DNA from: a virus
Lineage: Duplodnaviria > Heunggongvirae > Uroviricota > Caudoviricetes
Reading direction: 5' to 3' (one strand)
DNA length: 13,987 nucleotides
IMG/VR virus record: IMGVR_UViG_2548876869_000004
Coordinates: 1 to 13,987 of that record
How positions within the stretch are numbered: the stretch's first letter is position 1; every line of letters begins with the position of its first letter. The notes beneath the pieces were generated by a model. The model did not search any database, was not told where the DNA came from, and saw nothing but the letters and a program-made list of their open reading frames with translations. Both the position numbers and the translations under genes were made by a program. Of this stretch, positions 7,059 to 13,987 are shown one piece after another.

Positions 7059-8553
7059 TCTTTCACACATTATTGCCGCAGCATTCAATGAACCGCTGCT
7101 TCTGGAGCCCGCCTATGCGCGGGTTTTCTTTTGCGCGCTCGGGCGCGAGATGGGGGCAGCAAGTCTTTCGGTACCACAACAACAGGTACAGCTTGATGCT
7201 CCCGGAATGCTGGCTGAAACGGACGAGTACATGGCCGGAGGTAAACGACCGGCCCGTGTTTACCGGGTGGTGAACGGTATTGCGGTACTGCCGGTGACCG
7301 GCACGCTGGTGCACCGGCTGGGCGGTATGCGGCCATTTTCCGGAATGACAGGCTATGACGGCATTGTCGCCTGTCTTCAGCAGGCAATGGCAGATAGCCA
7401 GGTGCGGGGCGTACTGCTGGACATTGACAGTCCGGGCGGGCAGGCCGCCGGCGCGTTTGACTGCGCTGACATGATTTACCGCCTCCGTCAGCAGAAGCCG
7501 GTCTGGGCACTGTGCAATGACACGGCCTGTTCTGCAGCCATGCTGCTGGCGTCGGCCTGCTCCCGACGGCTGGTTACTCAGACATCCCGTATCGGCTCCA
7601 TTGGCGTGATGATGAGCCATGTCAGCTATGCCGGTCATCTGGCGCAGGCCGGGGTGGATATCACGCTGATTTATGCCGGGGCGCACAAGGTGGATGGCAA
7701 TCAGTTTGAAGCCTTACCGGCAGAGGTGCGTCAGGACATGCAGCAGCGGGTTGATGCGGCGCACCGGATGTTTGCCGAAAAAGTGGCGATGTATACGGGG
7801 CTGTCTGTGGAAGCTGTCACGGGGACAGAGGCTGCCGTTTTTGAAGGTCAGTCCGCTATTAAGGCCGGACTGGCGGATGAATTAATCAATGCGTCGGATG
7901 CCATCAGCGTGATGGCTGCGGCGCTGAACACTCATGATACAGGAGGCACTATGCCGCAATTAACTGCAACGGAAGCTGCCGCGCAGGAGAACCAGCGAGT
8001 GATGGGGATCCTGACGTGTCAGGAAGCGAAAGGACGTGAACAGCTTGCCACGATGCTGGCAGGACAACAGGGCATGAGCATTGAACAGGCCCGGGCGATT
8101 CTGGCCGCGGCGGCACCACAGCAGCCGGTGGCATCCGCGCAGAGTGAAGCCGATCGCATTATGGCGTGTGAAGAAGCGAAAGGTCGTGAACAACTGGCGG
8201 CAACGCTGGCGGCGATGCCGGAGATGACGGTGGAAAAAGCCCGCCCGATCTTGGCTGCCTCACCGCAGGCGAATGCCGGGCCCTCACTTCGTGATCAGAT
8301 CATGGCCCTGGATGAGGCAAAAGGGGCAGAAGCGCAGGCTGAAAAACTGGCGGCCTGCCCGGGAATGACCGTGGAGAACGCCCGGGCTGTGCTGGCTGCG
8401 GGATCAGGTAAGGCCGAACCGGTCTCTGCATCCACAACCGCCCTGTTTGAACATTTCATGGCGAATCATTCACCGGCAGCGGTGCGGGGTGGCGTGTCAC
8501 AGACGTCAGCAGACGGTGATGCGGACGTGAAAATGCTCATGGCCATGCCATGA
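7048..8553 (+). CDS. C: Head maturation protease / scaffold fusion (gpC-like, S49/ClpP-type) with Nu3-like C-terminal region
   Basis: GTG start 7048 overlapping the B stop; AAFNEPLLLEPAYARVFFCAL, VNGIAVLPVTG, MTGYDGIV, DSPGG.AAGAFDCADMI, KPVWAL, SRRLVTQTSRIGSIGVMMSH, ITLIYAGAHKVDGN, YTGLSV, GLADEL all parallel lambda gpC. The C-terminal part holds three tandem copies of a Nu3-like motif. Confidence 0.9.
   Translation: MRRNLSHIIAAAFNEPLLLEPAYARVFFCALGREMGAASLSVPQQQVQLDAPGMLAETDEYMAGGKRPARVYRVVNGIAVLPVTGTLVHRLGGMRPFSGMTGYDGIVACLQQAMADSQVRGVLLDIDSPGGQAAGAFDCADMIYRLRQQKPVWALCNDTACSAAMLLASACSRRLVTQTSRIGSIGVMMSHVSYAGHLAQAGVDITLIYAGAHKVDGNQFEALPAEVRQDMQQRVDAAHRMFAEKVAMYTGLSVEAVTGTEAAVFEGQSAIKAGLADELINASDAISVMAAALNTHDTGGTMPQLTATEAAAQENQRVMGILTCQEAKGREQLATMLAGQQGMSIEQARAILAAAAPQQPVASAQSEADRIMACEEAKGREQLAATLAAMPEMTVEKARPILAASPQANAGPSLRDQIMALDEAKGAEAQAEKLAACPGMTVENARAVLAAGSGKAEPVSASTTALFEHFMANHSPAAVRGGVSQTSADGDADVKMLMAMP
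7951..8553 (+). CDS. nu3: Putative Nu3-like scaffolding protein from an internal in-frame start within C
   Basis: In-frame ATG at 7951 preceded by AGGAGG (7941-7946); downstream ENQRVMGILTCQEAKGREQ matches the lambda Nu3 N-terminal region (AENSRIMGILNCEEAHGREEQ). A nested scaffold gene is established for lambda C/Nu3; here it is inferred from the RBS plus homology. Confidence 0.5.
   Translation: MPQLTATEAAAQENQRVMGILTCQEAKGREQLATMLAGQQGMSIEQARAILAAAAPQQPVASAQSEADRIMACEEAKGREQLAATLAAMPEMTVEKARPILAASPQANAGPSLRDQIMALDEAKGAEAQAEKLAACPGMTVENARAVLAAGSGKAEPVSASTTALFEHFMANHSPAAVRGGVSQTSADGDADVKMLMAMP
7996..8420 (+). repeat. Intragenic tandem triplication (about 141-159 nt units) encoding three Nu3-like scaffold repeats
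   Basis: Three successive units: RVMGILTCQEAKGREQLATMLAGQQGMSIEQARAILAAAAPQQ / RIMACEEAKGREQLAATLAAMPEMTVEKARPILAASPQAN / QIMALDEAKGAEAQAEKLAACPGMTVENARAVLAAGSGKA, starting at about 7996, 8155 and 8296. The DNA is diverged but clearly related (for example gaagcgaaagg(a/t)cgtgaaca). Confidence 0.6.
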
Positions 8554-8589
8554 AGTCAGTGCTGACCATCAATATGAGGTTTTAACAAA

Positions 8590-8937
8590 ATGGTGACGAA
8601 AACCATCACTGAACAGCGTGCGGAAGTACGTATTTTTGCTGGTAATGATCCGGCTCATACCGCCACAGGCAGCAGCGGGATTTCTTCTGCAACACCGGCT
8701 CTGACGCCCCTGATGCTGGATGAAGCCACCGGGAAACTGGTGGTCTGGGATGGACAGAAAGCCGGTAGTGCGGTTGGCATACTGGTACTGCCGCTTGAAG
8801 GCACAGAGACGGTGCTGACCTATTACAAGTCGGGGACCTTTGCGACGGAGGCAATCCGCTGGCCTGACAGTGTGGATGAACACAAAAAGGCAAATGCCTT
8901 TGCCGGCACAGCCCTGAGTCACGCGGCTCTGCCGTAA
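8590..8937 (+). CDS. D: Head decoration protein (gpD)
   Basis: 115 aa; NDPAHTAT, TPLMLD, KLVVWDG, AVGILV, YYKSGTF, KKANAFAGTA mirror lambda gpD (SDPAHTATA, MTPLMLD, KLVAWDG, AVGILA, FYKSGTF, KKRTAFAGTA). Confidence 0.9.
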   Translation: MVTKTITEQRAEVRIFAGNDPAHTATGSSGISSATPALTPLMLDEATGKLVVWDGQKAGSAVGILVLPLEGTETVLTYYKSGTFATEAIRWPDSVDEHKKANAFAGTALSHAALP

Positions 8938-8945
8938 CACGTTAT

Positions 8946-8965
8946 CAGGCCACCATGGTGGCCTG
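8946..8965. repeat. Perfect 20-bp palindrome (caggccacca|tggtggcctg) in the D-E intergenic region
   Basis: The sequence at 8946-8965 is its own reverse complement. It lies between the D stop (8937) and the E start (8995). Confidence 0.6.
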
Positions 8966-8994
8966 ACTGATTTCTGAATGAAAGGAACTGATTT

Positions 8995-10023
8995 ATGGGA
9001 TTGTTTACGACCCGCCAGTTACTCGGTTATACCGAACAAAAAGTTAAATTCCGTGCGCTGTTTCTGGAGCTGTTTTTCCGCCGTACGGTGAATTTCCACA
9101 CCGAAGAGGTGATGCTGGACAAAATTACCGGAAAAACGCCGGTGGCGGCCTATGTCTCCCCGATCGTTGAAGGAAAAGTGCTGCGCCATCGTGGTGGTGA
9201 AACCCGCGTGTTGCGTCCGGGCTACGTCAAGCCGAAACACGAATTTAATTACCAGCAGGCGGTTGAGCGCCTTCCTGGTGAAGATCCGGCTCAGCTGAAC
9301 GACCCGGCCTACCGTCGTCTGCGTATCATTACCGATAACCTCAAACAGGAAGAGCACGCCATTGTCCAGGTGGAAGAAATGCAGGCGGTGAATGCCGTGC
9401 TGTATGGCAAATACACCATGGAAGGGGATCAGTTTGATACTGTCGAGGTGGATTTCGGGCGCTCTGAAGGAAATAACATTGAGCAGGCTGACGGTAAAAA
9501 ATGGTCTGAGCAGGACCGTGATACGTTTGATCCGACGCATGATATTGACCTCTACTGCGATCAGGCCAGCGGCCTTGTGAATATCGCCATTATGGACGGT
9601 ACGGTCTGGCGTCTGCTGAATGGCTTTAAGCTGTTCCGCGAAAAACTGGATACCCGTCGCGGCTCAAATTCACAACTCGAAACGGCAGTGAAAGATCTGG
9701 GCGCAGTGGTGTCCTTCAAGGGGTATTACGGCGATCTGGCCATTGTGGTGGCGAAAACGTCTTATGTGGCAGAGGACGGTACCGAAAAACGTTATCTGCC
9801 GGAGGGCATGCTGGTGCTGGGGAATACGGCGGCAGAGGGGATTCGTTGCTATGGTGCCATTAAGGATGCACAGGCGTTGTCTGAAGGAGTGGTGGCTTCT
9901 TCCCGTTACCCGAAACACTGGCTGACCGTGGGCGATCCGTCCTGTGAATTCACCATGACGCAGTCCGCTCCGCTGATGGTGCTGCCGGATCCGGATGAGT
10001 TTGTGGTGGTACAGGTGAAATAA
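8995..10023 (+). CDS. E: Major capsid protein (gpE)
   Basis: 342 aa; YVSPIV.G.V.R.RGG, PGYVKPKHE, RRLP.EDP, DPAYRR.RII, VEEMQAV.AVL.GKYTM.G, KLDTRRGSNS.LETAVKDLG, YPK.W.T.GDP..EFTM.QSAPLM all match lambda gpE. Confidence 0.95.
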   Translation: MGLFTTRQLLGYTEQKVKFRALFLELFFRRTVNFHTEEVMLDKITGKTPVAAYVSPIVEGKVLRHRGGETRVLRPGYVKPKHEFNYQQAVERLPGEDPAQLNDPAYRRLRIITDNLKQEEHAIVQVEEMQAVNAVLYGKYTMEGDQFDTVEVDFGRSEGNNIEQADGKKWSEQDRDTFDPTHDIDLYCDQASGLVNIAIMDGTVWRLLNGFKLFREKLDTRRGSNSQLETAVKDLGAVVSFKGYYGDLAIVVAKTSYVAEDGTEKRYLPEGMLVLGNTAAEGIRCYGAIKDAQALSEGVVASSRYPKHWLTVGDPSCEFTMTQSAPLMVLPDPDEFVVVQVK

Positions 10024-10030
10024 TCCGTGA

Positions 10031-10060
10031 GCGGGGGCGAAATGCCCCCGTGTCTTTTTT
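10031..10060 (+). terminator. GC-rich hairpin plus T-tract immediately after the major capsid gene
   Basis: cgggggc (10032-10038) pairs with gcccccg (10044-10050) around loop gaaat, followed by tgtctttttt (10051-10060). Lies between the E stop and the FI RBS. Confidence 0.4.
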
Positions 10061-10074
10061 CACAGGAGGCTGAG

Positions 10075-10458
10075 ATGGCAACAAAAGAAGAAAATCTGAA
10101 TCGTCTTCGTCAACTGGCTGGCCTGCTGGGGCGCGAGGCGGATATGTCGGGGAGTGCTGCGGATATTGCTCAACGTGTGTCTGAGTGGGAAGAGGAGCTT
10201 GCTGTTTCCCCGGAGGGCATTATGCACTCTGATGAGAGCGGGGCTGATCAAAATCACACAGACGATGGTGAGCAGTTGAACAACACGGATGCTCCGGATG
10301 ATGTTAAAGCCGTCCGGGTACGGAAGTGCCTGCAAGTAATGGGGTATTGCCCGGAGACAGGTCGTCCCGTTGAGCTGGCGTTACGGGGTATGCGTGTTCT
10401 GGTGCCATCATCACTGGCAACGGCCATGATACAGCACGGAACGGCTGAATATGCGTGA
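10075..10458 (+). CDS. FI: DNA-packaging accessory protein gpFI-like
   Basis: ATG 10075 preceded by AGGAGG; MATKEENLNRLRQLAGLLGREADMSGSAADIAQRVSEWEEEL... has a highly acidic linker region and sits in the lambda FI position between E and FII. Similarity to lambda FI is modest. The ORF-track start at 10027 lies inside the upstream hairpin. Confidence 0.8.
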   Translation: MATKEENLNRLRQLAGLLGREADMSGSAADIAQRVSEWEEELAVSPEGIMHSDESGADQNHTDDGEQLNNTDAPDDVKAVRVRKCLQVMGYCPETGRPVELALRGMRVLVPSSLATAMIQHGTAEYA

Positions 10459-10804
10459 TTTTCAGAATGCCTTTGATGCTGCCCTCGCCGGGGTAGACAG
10501 TACGATCGTTGAAGTGATGGGGCTCTGTGCGCAGTTCACCTCGGGGGCACAGTGTGGCAGCGAAGTTCAGGGGGTTTTTGACGATCCGGAGTCGCTGGGG
10601 TTTGCCGGTGGCGGGGTCCGTATTGAAGGAAGCAGCCCGTCATTATTTGTGCGGACGGATACGGTTCGTGCCGTGCGGCGTGGTGACACGCTGACCATTA
10701 ATGGTGAGATATTCTGGGTGGATCGTGTTTCTCCGGATGACGGGGGCAGCTGTTATCTCTGGCTCAACCGTGGTCAACCACCCGCAGTTAACCGGCGACG
10801 ATAA
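10451..10804 (+). CDS. FII: Head-tail connector protein gpFII
   Basis: 117 aa; GVFDDPE, GGGVRIEGSSPSLFVRTD.VR..RRGDTLTI, FWVDRVSPDDGGSCYLWL.RG.PPAVNRRR is near-identical to the lambda gpFII C-terminal half. Confidence 0.9.
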   Translation: MRDFQNAFDAALAGVDSTIVEVMGLCAQFTSGAQCGSEVQGVFDDPESLGFAGGGVRIEGSSPSLFVRTDTVRAVRRGDTLTINGEIFWVDRVSPDDGGSCYLWLNRGQPPAVNRRR

Positions 10805-10819
10805 ACGCAGGGTGAAATT

Positions 10820-11353
10820 ATGGCGATAAAAGGGCTTGATCAGGCGATTGACAATCTGAGCCGGGTTCGTAAAAACGCCATTCCGGCGGCTTCAGCAATG
10901 GCCATTAACCGCGTGGCCACAACGGCGATTAATCAGTCTTCATCACAGGTTGCCCGGGAGACAAAGGTTCGCCGGAAACTGGTTAAGGAACGGTCCAGAC
11001 TGAAACGGGCGACGGTCAGAAATCCGAATGCCAGAATTATCGTTAACCGCGGTGATCTCCCTGTGATTAAGCTGGGGATCAGGATGCTGGGGCGTCGCCC
11101 GAACAGCATACTTAAAGCCGGTCAGCATCGGTATCAGCGGGCATTTATTCAGCGATTAAAAAATGGTCGCTGGCATGTCATGCAGCGTGTGGCCGGGAAA
11201 AACCGTTACCCCATTGATGTGGTGAAAATCCCGATGGCGGCCCCACTGAAACAGGCATTTGATGAGAATGTTGACCGTATCCGGCGTGAACGCCTGCCTA
11301 AAGAACTGGCATACGCGCTGAAACAACAACTGAGGATTGCAATAAAACGATGA
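10820..11353 (+). CDS. Z: Tail completion protein gpZ
   Basis: 177 aa; MAIKGLDQAIDNLSR, AMAINRVA, SQVARETKVRRKLVKER.RLKRATV.NP.ARI.VNRGDLPVIKLG, QRLKNGRWHVMQRVAGKNRYPIDVVKIPMA, RIRRERLPKEL match lambda gpZ. Confidence 0.9.
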   Translation: MAIKGLDQAIDNLSRVRKNAIPAASAMAINRVATTAINQSSSQVARETKVRRKLVKERSRLKRATVRNPNARIIVNRGDLPVIKLGIRMLGRRPNSILKAGQHRYQRAFIQRLKNGRWHVMQRVAGKNRYPIDVVKIPMAAPLKQAFDENVDRIRRERLPKELAYALKQQLRIAIKR

Positions 11354-11745
11354 AACACACTGACATTCGTGCCGCAGTGCTGGATGCACTCGAGCAGCAT
11401 GAACACGGGGCGACGCTGTTTGATGGTCGCCCCGTTGTTTTTGACGAAGAGGATTTTCCTGCGATCGCGGTTTATCTGACGGATGCAGAGTATACCGGTG
11501 AAGAGCTGGATGCAGATACCTGGCGGGCCACGCTGCATATTGAGGTGTTTTTACCGGCACAGGTACCGGATTCAGAGCTTGAACAGTGGATGGAAAGCCG
11601 GATTTACCCGGCGATGACCGCGATCCCGGCACTGGCAGGACTGATTACCACGATGGTTACGCAGGGCTATGAGTATCGTCGTGATGACGATATGGCGTTA
11701 TGGAGTTCTGCAGATCTGACTTATTCCATTACATACGAGATGTGA
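11350..11745 (+). CDS. U: Tail terminator protein gpU
   Basis: 131 aa; [90 protein letters not shown] match lambda gpU. Start overlaps the Z stop (ATGA). Confidence 0.9.
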   Translation: MKHTDIRAAVLDALEQHEHGATLFDGRPVVFDEEDFPAIAVYLTDAEYTGEELDADTWRATLHIEVFLPAQVPDSELEQWMESRIYPAMTAIPALAGLITTMVTQGYEYRRDDDMALWSSADLTYSITYEM

Positions 11746-11752
11746 GGACGAT

Positions 11753-12505
11753 ATGGCAACACCAAATCCCCTTGAGCCGGTAAAAGGTGCCGGTACCACT
11801 CTGTGGGTTTACAACGGCAAGGGTGATGCTTATGCAAACCCGTTGTCAGACGATGACTGGCAGCGACTGGCTAAGGTGAAGGATCTGACGCCGGGCGAGA
11901 TGACGGCAGAATCCTACGATGATAACTACCTGGATGATGAAGACGCGGACTGGACCGCGACCGGGCAGGGGCAGAAATCTGCAGGTGATACCAGTTTTAC
12001 GCTGGCCTGGAAACCGGGAGAGGAAGGCCAGAAAGGGCTTATAGGCTGGTTTGAAAGCGGCGATGTCCGGGCCTATAAAATCCGTTTTCCGAATGGCACG
12101 GTGGATGTGTTTCGTGGCTGGGTCAGCAGTATCGGTAAGGCCGTGACGGCGAAAGAAGTGATCACCCGCACGGTGAAAGTCACTAACGTGGGTAAACCTT
12201 CTGTAGCGGAAGAACGCAGCAAAATTACGCCGGTCAGTGCGATTAAGGTGACGCCGACATCCGGTACGGTGGCAAAAGGGAAAACAACCACCCTGACGGT
12301 TTCTTTTGAGCCGGAAAGTGCAACCGACAAGACGTTCAGAGCGGTTTCCGCCGATCCGTCGAAAGCCACCATTAGTGTGAAAGATATGACAATTACGGTA
12401 AACGGCGTGGCGACAGGTAAGGTGCAGATCCCTGTGGTGAGCGGAAATGGTCAGTTCGCCGCAGTGGCTGAAGTCACCGTTACTGAAGCGGGCGCTGCAG
12501 GGTAA
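11753..12505 (+). CDS. V: Major tail tube protein (gpV) with C-terminal Ig-like domain
   Basis: 250 aa; [113 protein letters not shown] match lambda gpV. Confidence 0.95.
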   Translation: MATPNPLEPVKGAGTTLWVYNGKGDAYANPLSDDDWQRLAKVKDLTPGEMTAESYDDNYLDDEDADWTATGQGQKSAGDTSFTLAWKPGEEGQKGLIGWFESGDVRAYKIRFPNGTVDVFRGWVSSIGKAVTAKEVITRTVKVTNVGKPSVAEERSKITPVSAIKVTPTSGTVAKGKTTTLTVSFEPESATDKTFRAVSADPSKATISVKDMTITVNGVATGKVQIPVVSGNGQFAAVAEVTVTEAGAAG

Positions 12506-12518
12506 ACGGAGGTAATAC

Positions 12519-12821
12519 ATGTTTCTGAAAACAGAACAATTTGAATATAACGGTGTGTCTGTCACGCTTTCCGAATTGTCTGCGCTGCAGCGTATCGAGC
12601 ATCTTGCCCTCCTGAAACGGCGTGCAGAACAGGCAGAATCCTGCGGCAACCTGCTCACCACCTGGCCTGCCGATGCCATTGCCCGGGCGGAAGACGTGGT
12701 GTTGTGCCTGTCCGGGATGATCGAAGCTGTTCGTCCGGATACTGATATTACTGAAGTGGCGAAAAATAACACGCTGACTGATGATGATTTTTCTGCGGGA
12801 AAGTCTTCGACGGCGAGCTGA
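12519..12821 (+). CDS. G: Tail assembly chaperone gpG (zero-frame product)
   Basis: 100 aa; MFLKTEQFEYNGVSVTLSELSALQRIEHLALLKRRAEQAES matches the lambda gpG N-terminus (MFLKTESFEHNGVTVTLSELSALQRIEHLALMKRQAEQAES). It is shorter than lambda G as I recall it (about 140 aa). Confidence 0.85.
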   Translation: MFLKTEQFEYNGVSVTLSELSALQRIEHLALLKRRAEQAESCGNLLTTWPADAIARAEDVVLCLSGMIEAVRPDTDITEVAKNNTLTDDDFSAGKSSTAS

Positions 12822-13261
12822 ACTTTGCCCTCAGACTGGCGCGTGAGATGGGGAGACCCGACTGGCGCGCCATGCTTGCCGGGATGACATCCACCGAATA
12901 TGCCGACTGGCACCGTTTTTACCGCACGCATTATTTTCAGGATACCCAGCTGGATATGCATTTTTCCGGGCTGACGTACGCTGTACTCAGCCTGTTTTTT
13001 TGCGATCCGGATATGCATCCCTCTGATTTCAGTCTGCTTGTCCCCCGGCATGAGGAAGAGCAGGTGGAGAGGCCGGATGAGGACAAAATGCTGATGCAGA
13101 AAGCGGCAGGACTTGCCGGAGGCGTCCGGTTCGGTGGGGACGGAGGGCGCGATATTTTATCGTCTGCGGATGTGGCGGATGTCATGGTGGATGATGCCGC
13201 ATTAATGATGGCTTCAGCGGGGATTCCGGGAGGTGCGAGATATGTCCCAGCCGGTTGGTGA
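12519..13261 (+). CDS. G-T: gpG-T tail assembly chaperone fusion produced by a programmed -1 ribosomal frameshift
   Basis: Slippery heptamer G GGA AAG at 12797-12803 is in the correct zero-frame register. After the -1 slip the reading continues ...ELNFALRLAREMGRPDWRAMLAGMTSTEYADWHRFYRTHYFQD..., closely matching lambda gpT (MGRPDWRAMLAGMSSTEYADWHRFY.THYF), ending at TGA 13259-13261. Confidence 0.8.
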
Positions 13262-13987
13262 TCTTGTTATTGACCTGAGTCTGGATGCTGTCCGTTTCGA
13301 TGAGCAGATGAGCCGGGTAAGGCGTCATTTTTCAGGCCTGGATACCGACGCCAGAAAAACCGCCAGTGCTGTTGAACAGGGCCTGAGCCGCCAGGCGCTG
13401 GCTGCACAAAAAGCCGGGATTTCCGTCGGGCAGTATAAAGCGGCCATGCGAACCCTGCCCGCACAGTTTACGGATATCGCCACGCAGCTTGCAGGTGGTC
13501 AGAATCCCTGGCTGATCCTGCTGCAACAGGGCGGTCAGGTGAAGGACTCCTTCGGCGGGATGATCCCCATGTTCAGGGGGCTCGCCGGTGCGATCACCCT
13601 GCCGATGGTCGGGGTCACCTCGCTGGCGGTGGCGACAGGTGCGCTGGTGTACGCCTGGTACCAGGGAGATTCCACGCTTTCAGCGTTTAATAAAACCCTG
13701 GTTCTTTCCGGTAATCAGTCCGGACTGACTGCCGATCGTATGCTGACTCTCTCAAGAGCCGGGCAGGCAGCAGGGCTGACGTTTAACCAGGCGAGAGAGT
13801 CACTGGCAGCCCTGGTGAATGCCGGTGTGCGTGGTGGTGAACAGTTTGATGCCATCAACCAGAGTGTCGCGCGTTTTGCGTCTGCATCCGGTGTGGAGGT
13901 GGATAAAGTCGCTGAAGCCTTCGGGAAGCTGACCACTGACCCGACATCGGGACTGATGGCGATGGCGCGCCAGTTCCGTAACGTGAC
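13242..13987 (+). CDS. H: Tail tape measure protein gpH (N-terminal part; runs off the 3' end of the window)
   Basis: ATG 13242 with GGGAGG upstream; MSQPVGDLVIDLSLDAVRFDEQMSRVRRHFSG...QALAAQKAGISVGQYKAAMR.LPAQFTD.ATQLAGGQ.PWLILLQQGGQVKDSFGGMIPMFRGLAGAITLPMVG is near-identical to the lambda gpH N-terminus. No stop before the window end. Confidence 0.9.
   Translation, partial: MSQPVGDLVIDLSLDAVRFDEQMSRVRRHFSGLDTDARKTASAVEQGLSRQALAAQKAGISVGQYKAAMRTLPAQFTDIATQLAGGQNPWLILLQQGGQVKDSFGGMIPMFRGLAGAITLPMVGVTSLAVATGALVYAWYQGDSTLSAFNKTLVLSGNQSGLTADRMLTLSRAGQAAGLTFNQARESLAALVNAGVRGGEQFDAINQSVARFASASGVEVDKVAEAFGKLTTDPTSGLMAMARQFRNV

Noticed and set aside
7063-7686. Minus-strand ORFs (207 aa and 141 aa) inside gpC
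   Set aside because: Antisense to the protease/scaffold gene; Arg/Pro/His-rich composition; no RBS context.
9019-9540. 173-aa minus-strand ORF inside the major capsid gene
   Set aside because: Antisense shadow of gpE, the best-supported gene in the window.
11846-13051. 401-aa minus-strand ORF spanning V, G and T
   Set aside because: It is long only because the + strand is densely coding and GC-rich. The product is Arg/Cys/His-rich and it overlaps three homologous + strand genes.
1-13987. CRISPR arrays, tRNA/rRNA genes, integrase/attachment sites, IS elements
   Set aside because: No regularly spaced direct repeats, no cloverleaf-like conserved tRNA motifs, and no recombinase-like ORFs were seen by eye. 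Every large ORF is accounted for by lambda-like late genes. Any att site or integrase would lie outside this window.

Overview
This window is the late region of a lambda-like (lambdoid, cos-packaging) prophage, all on the + strand. It runs from the end of the lysis cassette (Rz with embedded Rz1), through a short cargo region of three small unknown genes, across a cos site that matches phage lambda's cosN almost base for base, and into the head and tail genes in lambda order: Nu1, A, W, B, C/Nu3, D, E, FI, FII, Z, U, V, G/G-T (with the GGGAAAG -1 frameshift site), and the start of H. Family assignments rest on my recollection of the lambda proteins and on synteny, not on a database search. The structural genes are conventional. 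The most promising places for something undescribed are (i) the AT-rich two-gene insertion at about 1600-2450 just upstream of cos, and (ii) four tightly packed, very short hydrophobic ORFs at 151-597, where an endolysin would be expected ahead of Rz. Both are unverified candidates. No tRNA, rRNA, CRISPR array, integrase or transposase is visible in this window.
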